Shown: one piece after another, positions 29,403-37,033 of the stretch
How positions within the stretch are numbered: position 1 is the first letter of the stretch
Layout of the letters: the number at the start of each line of letters is the position of its first letter
NCBI GenBank assembly: GCA_947628135.1
Contig: CANQYT010000004.1
Span: 28,566 to 92,565, forward strand
Source of the DNA: an uncultured Clostridia bacterium
GTDB taxonomy: Bacteria > Bacillota > Clostridia > Christensenellales > CAG-314
DNA length: 64,000 nucleotides
Direction: 5' to 3'
Made by a program: the position numbers and the translations under genes
Notes under the pieces: model-generated
Databases searched by the model: none
What the model was told of the DNA's origin: nothing
Seen by the model: only the letters and a program-made list of their open reading frames with translations

Positions 29403-29798
29403 ATGGACGAGAAAGAAAAAAAGCAACACGACTGTGATTGCGAACACGAACACGACGAACACTGCGACTGCGGTTGTGAAGAAGTGGACGAGGACGTTGT
29501 GATGTTGGAGGACGAGGACGGCAATCAGATTCCCTTTTACCACATTGCAACTCTCGATCGCGACGGCAAGGAATACGCGTGCTTGCAACAAGCGGACGAC
29601 GAAGACCCGATAGTGGAAATTTTCGAGTTGCAGGAAGTGGAAGAGGGCGAAGAAGTTTACTACAATTTCCTTCCCATCGACGACGACTTGTACGAAGCGC
29701 TGTACAAACAGTTGGAAGAGGAAGTCGCGGAAGCGTCGGACGACGAATGTGACGACGACGATTGCGATTGCCATCATCATCACGACGGCGACGATTGA
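29403..29798 (+). CDS. DUF1292 family protein with Cys/His-rich termini
   Basis: Acidic core (VVMLEDEDGNQIPFYHIATLDRDGKEYACL...) typical of the DUF1292 gene that follows ruvX in Firmicutes. It also carries CDCEHEHDEHCDCGC and CDDDDCDCHHHH tails. Confidence 0.85.
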   Translation: MDEKEKKQHDCDCEHEHDEHCDCGCEEVDEDVVMLEDEDGNQIPFYHIATLDRDGKEYACLQQADDEDPIVEIFELQEVEEGEEVYYNFLPIDDDLYEALYKQLEEEVAEASDDECDDDDCDCHHHHDGDD

Positions 29799-29840
29799 CG
29801 GCGGCACAAACCGCCTTTCCATCAGGCTAAACGAAATTAT

Positions 29841-29873
29841 CCCCGTGGCGTTGTGCCGCGGGGAAATTTTTTT
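29841..29873 (+). terminator. intrinsic terminator after the DUF1292 gene
   Basis: ccccgtggc-gttgt-gccgcgggg stem followed by aaaTTTTTTT. Confidence 0.75.
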
Positions 29874-30596
29874 GTCAAAAACGTTTCATTTGTTGTGAGT
29901 GCGGATATTTCGGCAAACAACGAGAAAACAACAGTGCAACACCTAAAAATCGGCGCGAGTCATTTTGCGGAGTCGTTGAAAGGTTGAAACATTGGAATAT
30001 TATATTGAAATTTTGTAAAATTTCTTGTAATTCAGAAACAAAACAGCGGCATTGGTCGCAGGCGTTGTGTTGACCTGTCGGCACTTCATTTTGAAAAGCA
30101 GTGAAATAGTTATTGTAATTTTTCCATTTTCGATTTGTGTACTTAACCTTTTTGATAGCAGATATTTTATTGACTTGGTCGGCAGGAATACAAATTATTT
30201 TTTCAGTATTACGTTATGTTTCTTGCGGTCGGTCGCCGCTTCGGTAAATTTCGGTGTGTTTTTTCGGTAGGTGTCTCGTCAGACAAAGTTAGGTTTTCCT
30301 AGTGGCGTAATTGAAACGATGCGAAAAAACTATGTTCAATAAAAATAGGTTTTCCAAATTATCTTAAATATCTGAGAAAAACGGTCGGTTTGGGTTGTCT
30401 GCTGTGCCGAGACTTCATTCGAATTTGTTCGTTTGTTTGTTGTTTGGGTAAATTTCGGTTTACGTTTTGCGCGGGCGGTTACTGCTTTGCGGGCTTTTGG
30501 TGGCGGCTGCGGTCGGTTCGGCGGTTGTTTCGGGTGGGGGAAAAGCGGTTTTTCCTCCTTTTTGCAAAAAATTTACGTAAATATTCCTTTTCGTTG

Positions 30597-30628
30597 TTGA
30601 CAAAAACAGACGGGGGGGGGGGTATACT
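30597..30628 (+). promoter_or_regulatory. sigma-A-type promoter of lipoprotein paralog 1 with a poly-G spacer
   Basis: TTGACA at 30597-30602 and TATACT at 30623-30628. The 20-nt spacer ends in G11. A GGAG RBS and the ATG at 30661 lie downstream. Confidence 0.6.
30612..30622 (+). repeat. G11 homopolymer tract
   Basis: 11 consecutive G abutting the -10 box, counted directly. Confidence 0.95.
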
Positions 30629-30660
30629 GATTTTGATTATACATTCCAAGGAGAAATTCT

Positions 30661-30963
30661 ATGAAAAGCCGTAAAATACTTTTATTGTTTTTGTTGACTT
30701 TGGCGTTGGCGTTTGCGATGGTTGCGGGCGCGGGCTGCGCTCCGTCCGAAGCGCCCCAACACACGCACACTTTTGCGGAGGGTTGGACGTTCAACGACTC
30801 CGAACATTGGCACGCCGCCACCTGCGGACACTCCTCCGAGAGGGATTCCGTTGCTCCTCACGACATTGACGGCGACGGTAAATGCACCGTGTGCGACTAC
30901 GAAACCGCCCCCGCGCCCGAAAAAATGACGTTTGAGCAACTCGTTGCGGATCACAAAGAGTAA
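30661..30963 (+). CDS. lipoprotein paralog 1, N-terminal part ending at a premature in-frame TAA
   Basis: Signal peptide with lipobox (LALAFAMVAGAGC) and a Cys/His motif. It ends at TAA 30961-30963, where paralog 2 has GAA. Confidence 0.7.
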   Translation: MKSRKILLLFLLTLALAFAMVAGAGCAPSEAPQHTHTFAEGWTFNDSEHWHAATCGHSSERDSVAPHDIDGDGKCTVCDYETAPAPEKMTFEQLVADHKE

Positions 30964-32235
30964 TTGAACGAATTTGTGACAGAGGCAATTGCGCCGTCCG
31001 TCCTCGCAAACAAGGAAATTCTTTCCGAGAGCCGCTACGTTGCTTCCGCGGAGGACGGAAACTTGGGCACAGTGAGCCTACTTTACATATACAAGAACGA
31101 TGAGACTGTCCGTACAATGGAACTTGCCGAAGTTACGCTTACAAGCACGGTCACAAACGACGACATTGCAAACGGCACGTTTGCAACTCCTGCCGTGAGC
31201 GTGGAAAAGACTGAAGTTTTTCAATTCGACGCGAAAGAGAACTTTGAAAAGCAGGACGTTGCGGAACTTCTGTACAAAGCGGCAAAGTGCGAAAGCGCAG
31301 AGGTGAAATTGTTCCGCGAACTTGAATCCGATTCCGTCAGGATTCGTTCCTTTGCTATCCTCGTACAAAGCGACGGCTTTGTTCGAATCAAAAACATAAA
31401 CGTCGAAGTGACCGACGACACGGACGAGTCGCTGAAAACCAACCTTGCAGATCGCAACAAATACGACGCGTTTACCGTCTCGGAAGTGGAATTGAAGGGC
31501 ACGAATATACTTGCGGGCGATTACCAACTTGAAGAATTCGAAGTCACCCCCGACGACCCCGATACCCCAAGCGTCATTACCGACAAACAACTCATTGCCG
31601 CGCTTGAACAGTACTGCAAAGACGATTTTTTGAATAAATCCAATATAAAAAGTGTATTTGAAGATTTATATGTCACGTTTGATAAAAATAAAATGTCCGA
31701 TGAGAATTGGTATATAAATGAAGATGAAGAGGAAAAAATCACAGCGATAGAATACTCCTTTTTCTACAAGGCATATGCAACACAAAGTCATTTTGTTATT
31801 TTCTATATAACGTCTGATACGCCTTGCTCGAAAGAAAATCTTGTAAAGGGAAATTTGACTACGGCTACTTTCAAAATAGAGAAAGAGTATTCATTTGTTT
31901 ACAACCCATCAATTCAAACCGAGCGGAGTGCGCTTGCCAATGCGATATTGACCGCGTGCAAAGGCGCGCCCGCAGACAGCAACTCGACTGTAATTTTGGT
32001 AGATAATGGCACTATTGACGATTCACAATTTAGTATAGTATGCAAATTTAACATCGTTGAAATAAGCGAAAGCGGTGCGACGGAATATAAAGTAAAAATC
32101 AGAAATGCAAAGAGCCTTGACCCAAAAGAGGCTGACGCTGAATATATGCAATACATTGCCGACGGATATTGGGCTCAAACCGCAACCCCACGCGAGTACG
32201 AAATTACAGGACGCAGGTTGGTAGCGGAAGAATAG
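30964..32235 (+). CDS. lipoprotein paralog 1, C-terminal remainder (same frame as 30661-30963; the whole 30661-32235 is probably a disrupted gene)
   Basis: 423 codons directly in frame after the TAA. It is colinear and highly similar to residues 101 onward of the intact paralog at 62355. It has no RBS or start of its own other than TTG at 30964. Confidence 0.55.
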   Translation: MNEFVTEAIAPSVLANKEILSESRYVASAEDGNLGTVSLLYIYKNDETVRTMELAEVTLTSTVTNDDIANGTFATPAVSVEKTEVFQFDAKENFEKQDVAELLYKAAKCESAEVKLFRELESDSVRIRSFAILVQSDGFVRIKNINVEVTDDTDESLKTNLADRNKYDAFTVSEVELKGTNILAGDYQLEEFEVTPDDPDTPSVITDKQLIAALEQYCKDDFLNKSNIKSVFEDLYVTFDKNKMSDENWYINEDEEEKITAIEYSFFYKAYATQSHFVIFYITSDTPCSKENLVKGNLTTATFKIEKEYSFVYNPSIQTERSALANAILTACKGAPADSNSTVILVDNGTIDDSQFSIVCKFNIVEISESGATEYKVKIRNAKSLDPKEADAEYMQYIADGYWAQTATPREYEITGRRLVAEE

Positions 32236-32286
32236 GCAAAGCGGCTATTGGGGTAGGTAAACGGAGCAACTCGGTGCAAAGAGAAC

Positions 32287-32860
32287 ACGTGCGGCAGTTA
32301 AAAGTGCTCAATGTTGCAAAGTTCCGCGCGCAACGGAAAAGGAAGTAAACCAACGCAACGGACAAGGAACAGGTTTCACTTGTTGCCTACGGTTTTGTGA
32401 CTTTTACACCCAAAACCTGCACAGCGTTCCTCCTTGCAACGTCCGCAAACATATCCCGCGCGACGAAAAGCGTACTCAAAGCAAAGGCTGTCGGGCGTAT
32501 TGTTGCAAAGTGGACAGCAGTATAAAGGGCGCAATTCGTTTTCAATGTCAAACGTGCGGCAGTTAAAAGTGCTCAGTGTTGCAAATGTCTGCGTGCAACG
32601 GAAAAGAAAGTAATCAATGCAACGGACAAGGGCGAGGTTTCACTTGTTGCCGACGGTTTCAAGACTTTCGCACCAAAAACAATTGCACAGCGTTCCTCCT
32701 TGCAACGTCCGCAAACATATCCCGTGACGAAAAGCGCACTCAAAGCAAAATGCTGTCGAACGTATTGTTGCAAAGTGGACAGAGGCACAAAAGGGCGCAA
32801 TTCGTTTCCGACGCCAAACGTGCGGCAGTCGAAAGCGTTCCGCGCCGTTTGCGGAAAACA
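32287..32860. repeat. tandem repeat, about 265-bp unit, 2 full copies plus a partial third
   Basis: acgtgcggcagt starts at 32287, 32552 and 32818 (periods 265 and 266). The units are well conserved over their whole length by eye, with substitutions clustered in a few short patches, and carry no conserved ORF. Confidence 0.85.
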
Positions 32861-32897
32861 ACAATTAAATATATTAAATAAAGTGCCTGTTTTTTGA

Positions 32898-32926
32898 TTG
32901 CAAAAAATAGGCGCTTGTGCTATAAT
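32898..32926 (+). promoter_or_regulatory. sigma-A-type promoter for rpsB-tsf
   Basis: TTGCAA at 32898-32903, 17-nt spacer, TGcTATAAT extended -10 (32921-32926). A 120-nt GC-rich leader follows. Confidence 0.55.
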
Positions 32927-33047
32927 TTACAAGGTTTAATTCGCATTTGCGCAAGATCCGTGCGTTGTGCCGAGGTTTGCCTCTCGGTTGCGGGCGGAGT
33001 TGACGGCGCAAAGAGGTTAAAAACAACAAAAAAAGGAGAAAGAAAAA

Positions 33048-33815
33048 ATGGCAGTTGTATCAATGAAACAGCTTCTGGAAGCGGGCGTTCACTTCGGACA
33101 CCAAACCAGAAGATGGAATCCCAAGATGAAAAAGTATATCTACACCGAACGTAACGATATACACATCATCGACCTTCAACAAACGGTCGCTCAGGCGGAG
33201 ATCGCTTACAAATTTGTGCGCGACATCGCGGCGGAAGGTAAGCCCATACTGTTTGTGGGAACGAAAAAGCAAGCGCAGGACGCCATCAAGACGGAAGCGG
33301 AACGTTGCGGAATGTACTACGTAAACAACCGTTGGCTGGGCGGCACGCTTACCAACTACAAGACAATCAAGTCCCGCATAGAGAGACTTCACCAAATCAA
33401 CCAGATGGAAAAGTTGGGCGAGTTGGACGTTTTGCCCAAGAAAGAAGTGGCGAAACTGCTTGAAGAACGCGACAAGTTGGAAGCCAACCTCGGCGGTATC
33501 AAGAATATGAAAGGTATGCCCGGGTGTATCTTTATCGTAGACCCCAAGATGGAAGCGATAGCCGTTGCGGAAGCGCACGCGCTCAACATTCCCATCGTGG
33601 CGATAGTGGACACCAACTGCGACCCCGACCAGGTTGACGTGGTTATTCCCGCAAACGACGACGCTATCGGCGCAATCAAGATCATCGCATCGATAATCAG
33701 CGGCGCGGTCATCGAAGCCAAAGAGGGCATTGTGATGAGCGTTCCCGAGGACGATGACGCGACGACCCCCGTTGAAGAGGAAGAAAAAAAGGACGAGGAG
33801 ACGGACAATGGCTAA
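33048..33815 (+). CDS. rpsB: 30S ribosomal protein S2
   Basis: [27 protein letters not shown]. Confidence 0.98.
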   Translation: MAVVSMKQLLEAGVHFGHQTRRWNPKMKKYIYTERNDIHIIDLQQTVAQAEIAYKFVRDIAAEGKPILFVGTKKQAQDAIKTEAERCGMYYVNNRWLGGTLTNYKTIKSRIERLHQINQMEKLGELDVLPKKEVAKLLEERDKLEANLGGIKNMKGMPGCIFIVDPKMEAIAVAEAHALNIPIVAIVDTNCDPDQVDVVIPANDDAIGAIKIIASIISGAVIEAKEGIVMSVPEDDDATTPVEEEEKKDEETDNG

Positions 33816-34740
33816 TTTTACAAATCAGGACGTAATGAAACTGCGCGAACAAACGGGCGTAGGAATGATGGATTGCAAAAAGGCGCTTGTCGCTACCGAC
33901 GGCAACTTTGACGAGGCAGTGAAGTATCTTCGCGAAAAGGGTATGGCTTCCGCCGCCAAAAAGGCAAGCCGTATCGCCGCGGAAGGTATCGTGAAATGCC
34001 TTGTCGCCGCCGACAGAAAAAGCGCGGTCGCAGTGGAAGTAAACTGCGAAACGGACTTTGTGGCGCGCAGCGAGCAATTTGTGGAACTTGTGGACAAAAT
34101 TGCCGCTCACCTGCTGACCTCCGACGCGGCTACCGTGGAACAGGCTCTCGAAGAAATTTACTGCGCCGACTGCGGCAAGACGGTAAACGTGCTTATCGCC
34201 GAAGCCACCGCAGCAATCGGAGAGAAAATCTCTCTGCGCAGATTTACCAAATTCGCCCTTGACGGCAACGGAATAATTTCCAGCTACATTCATATGGGCG
34301 GAAAAATCGGCGTTCTCGCCGAACTGAAAAGCGACGCCGCGCAGGACGACCTTGCCGAACTCGCGTTCAACATCTGTATGCAAATTGCGGCAAGCAAGCC
34401 CCAAGTTGTGGGAATTGCCGACGTGGACGCTTCTCAATTGGAGGCGGAAAAGGAAATACTTACCGTTCAGGCGAGAAACGAAGGCAAGCCCGAAGCGATA
34501 ATCGGCAAGATGGTGGAGGGACGTATCCACAAGTACTACAAGGAAGTTTGCCTTGTGGAGCAGGAATACGTTCGCGATACGGCGTTGACGGTCAAGCAGG
34601 TAATTGCCGACGTCGCAAAGAAAACGGGCAAAGACATCACCGTTACGAGATTCGTTCGCTACGAATTGGGCGAAGGTATCGAAAAGCGCGTTGACAACTT
34701 TGTCGATGAAATTGCCGAGCAACTCAAAAACATAAAGTAA
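33808..34740 (+). CDS. tsf: elongation factor Ts
   Basis: [22 protein letters not shown]-like N-terminus. The ATG overlaps the end of rpsB. Confidence 0.98.
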   Translation: MANFTNQDVMKLREQTGVGMMDCKKALVATDGNFDEAVKYLREKGMASAAKKASRIAAEGIVKCLVAADRKSAVAVEVNCETDFVARSEQFVELVDKIAAHLLTSDAATVEQALEEIYCADCGKTVNVLIAEATAAIGEKISLRRFTKFALDGNGIISSYIHMGGKIGVLAELKSDAAQDDLAELAFNICMQIAASKPQVVGIADVDASQLEAEKEILTVQARNEGKPEAIIGKMVEGRIHKYYKEVCLVEQEYVRDTALTVKQVIADVAKKTGKDITVTRFVRYELGEGIEKRVDNFVDEIAEQLKNIK

Positions 34741-34755
34741 TTTGTTTGTGGCAAA

Positions 34756-34786
34756 GGGAACAACGCTTGCGGTTTGTTCCCTTTTT
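34756..34786 (+). terminator. intrinsic terminator or attenuator after tsf
   Basis: gggaacaa-loop-ttgttccc stem followed by TTTTT. Confidence 0.65.
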
Positions 34787-34809
34787 GCACAACGCAAAGC
34801 GAGGTTTCA

Positions 34810-35508
34810 ATGGCTAAGTACAAACGTATTCTACTCAAAATAAGCGGCGAGGCGCTGTCCGACGGACGCACGAATATCTGCGGCGAAAGGGTTTCGGCGG
34901 TTGCCGCTCAGATAGGGAAGATAGTATCCGCAGGCGTGCAGTTGGGCGTAGTGGTCGGCGGCGGAAACATCTGGCGCGGACGTACGAGCGAGACGATGGA
35001 CAGGGCGGTCGCCGACGATATCGGTATGCTGGCGACGGTTATGAACGGACTTGCGTTGAGCGAGGCGCTGACGAGCGCGGGCGTGGACAACAGGGTCGTT
35101 TCCTCTTTTGCCATCGACAAGGTGGCGCAAACGTGCTGTCTGCCCGAGGTAAACGCTTGTCTGAACGAGGGCAAGGTGGTAATCTTTGTGGGAGGAACGG
35201 GCTCGCCCTATTTCTCCACGGATACCGCTGCGTCGTTGAGAGCGTGCGAGATACACGCGGACGCGCTTGTTTGTCTCAAAGCGGTGGACGGACTGTACGA
35301 CAGCGACCCCAACGTCAATCCCGCCGCGAAAAAGTACGACGTGATCTCCTACGACAAAGTTATCGCCGACAATCTCAAAGCCTTGGATATGACGGCAATT
35401 GCAATGTGCCGCGAATTCGGCGTGACCGTCATCGCCATAGGCAAGGACGAACCGGACGGCGTTGTTCGCGTGCTGAAAGGGGAAAAATTGGGCACAATAA
35501 TCAAATAA
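34810..35508 (+). CDS. pyrH: UMP kinase
   Basis: MAKYKRILLKISGEAL ... VVGGGNIWRG. Confidence 0.97.
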   Translation: MAKYKRILLKISGEALSDGRTNICGERVSAVAAQIGKIVSAGVQLGVVVGGGNIWRGRTSETMDRAVADDIGMLATVMNGLALSEALTSAGVDNRVVSSFAIDKVAQTCCLPEVNACLNEGKVVIFVGGTGSPYFSTDTAASLRACEIHADALVCLKAVDGLYDSDPNVNPAAKKYDVISYDKVIADNLKALDMTAIAMCREFGVTVIAIGKDEPDGVVRVLKGEKLGTIIK

Positions 35509-35568
35509 CTGTTGATATGCGACAATTCTTGTTGTACAATATATTCAGCAAGTATCTTGGAGGACAAT

Positions 35569-36144
35569 ATGAATTACGCTACACCGCAAATTGAAGAAAT
35601 CTTTTTGAATTTCGAATTGGATTGCGACAAAGCAATCGAATATATGAAAAACGAATACAATCTTATGCGTGCGGGACGCGCCAATCCCAAACTTGTGGAA
35701 GGTATCCGCGTGGAATACTACGGCACGCCCACTCCGATAAAGATGATGGGCAACATTTCCATACCCGAACCGAGATGTATCGTCATCACACCGTGGGACA
35801 AATCCGCGCTGAAAGAAATCGAAAAAGCCATTCTCGCCGCCAATATCGGAGTTACTCCGCAAAACGACGGCACGCTTATCCGTTTGACCTTTCCCGTGCT
35901 GACGGAGGAACGCCGCAGAGAACTCGTCAAGCAGGTGAAAAAACTTGCCGAGGACACGAAAGTGGTGCTTCGCAACGCGCGCAGAGACGCAATGGAAGGG
36001 CTGAAAAAGGAAAAGAACGCAAAGGCCGTTTCGGAGGACCTCATCGCCGATTACGAAAGCGAGGTGGACAAAGGTCTTTCCAAACAGGTGGAATTGGTGG
36101 ACAAACTTGCAAAGGAGAAGGAAGCGGACGTTATGTCTGTGTAG
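35569..36144 (+). CDS. frr: ribosome recycling factor
   Basis: RAGRANPKLVEGIRVEYYGTPTPI ... RNARRDA. Confidence 0.97.
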   Translation: MNYATPQIEEIFLNFELDCDKAIEYMKNEYNLMRAGRANPKLVEGIRVEYYGTPTPIKMMGNISIPEPRCIVITPWDKSALKEIEKAILAANIGVTPQNDGTLIRLTFPVLTEERRRELVKQVKKLAEDTKVVLRNARRDAMEGLKKEKNAKAVSEDLIADYESEVDKGLSKQVELVDKLAKEKEADVMSV

Positions 36145-36152
36145 CCTTGGCG

Positions 36153-36353
36153 ATGGACCTCAACGATTTGATCGGACTTGAAGCTTGTGAAGCCGAAGGC
36201 GTTTTGCGCAAATCAGGTATAACGGGCTTCAAGTTTGTTTATTATGTAGACAGAAAACAACAAGAATTCGACAAGGAGTTGGTAACGGCGGTGAGAGTTC
36301 GCGACGGACAGTTGGAACTCGTGGTTTGCCGTTACAAGTTTGAGGTTGTATGA
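36153..36353 (+). CDS. possible small protein (66 aa), PASTA-like sequence pattern
   Basis: ATG-to-stop ORF filling the frr-uppS gap. Its stop overlaps the uppS ATG (ATGA). There is no clear RBS. Confidence 0.35.
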   Translation: MDLNDLIGLEACEAEGVLRKSGITGFKFVYYVDRKQQEFDKELVTAVRVRDGQLELVVCRYKFEVV

Positions 36354-37033
36354 ACGTTCCCGCGCATATCGCTTTTATTATGGACGGAAACGGACGTTGG
36401 GCAAAAGCCCGCGGATTGGCGCGTATTCAGGGACACAGGCGCGGCTTGGAGGTGGCGGAGAGGGTTATTGACCACTCCGTTGCGGTGGGCGTGAAATACG
36501 TGTCGCTGTACGTCTTTTCCACGGAGAATTGGAAACGTCCGCGCGCCGAAGTGGACAATTTGTTCTCGTTGGCTGACAAATATCTCAGCCGATTGGAAAA
36601 GTTTTGCAAAGACCGCGTGCGCGTAGTCGTTTCGGGCGAAAGGGAAGGTCTGCCGACCGACCTCGTAAAGAAAATCGAGCGTATCGAGCAGGCGACCGCT
36701 CAATTTGACGCCGTGTGCGTAAATTTGTGCATAAATTACGGCGGACAAAGGGAAATAGTGGAGGCGGTGAAGAAACTCAACCGCCGCGGACGGGAAATAA
36801 CGGTGGAGTCCATTCGCGAAAATCTCTATCACCAACTTCCCGACCCCGACCTCATCGTGCGCACGGGCGGACAAAAAAGACTGTCCAACTACTTGCTGTT
36901 TCAAAGCGCCTATTCGGAACTGTTTTTTACGGATACGCTTTGGCCCGACTTTACCAATGAAGAATACGACGCTATACTGTCCGAATACGGAAAGCGTACT
37001 CGCAATTTTGGAGGAATAAATGGCTCTGAATAA
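36350..37033 (+). CDS. uppS: isoprenyl transferase (undecaprenyl diphosphate synthase)
   Basis: HIAFIMDGNGRWA ... FSTENWKRP ... RTGGQKRLSNYLLFQSAYSELFF. Confidence 0.97.
   Translation: MNVPAHIAFIMDGNGRWAKARGLARIQGHRRGLEVAERVIDHSVAVGVKYVSLYVFSTENWKRPRAEVDNLFSLADKYLSRLEKFCKDRVRVVVSGEREGLPTDLVKKIERIEQATAQFDAVCVNLCINYGGQREIVEAVKKLNRRGREITVESIRENLYHQLPDPDLIVRTGGQKRLSNYLLFQSAYSELFFTDTLWPDFTNEEYDAILSEYGKRTRNFGGINGSE

Noticed and set aside
30052-30674. ORFs 30052-30270 and 30390-30674 (+) and 29875-30084 (-) in the gap upstream of lipoprotein paralog 1.
   Set aside because: They have no RBS. Their Cys/Phe/Gly/Arg-rich translations are produced by the GT-rich skewed DNA. One of them runs through the poly-G promoter into the lipoprotein start.
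31078-31590. Minus-strand ORFs inside both lipoprotein genes (31078-31590 and 62373-63284), which are themselves similar to each other.
   Set aside because: Their similarity only reflects the duplication of the sense-strand genes. The sense frames have a signal peptide, lipobox and RBS, and the antisense frames have none.
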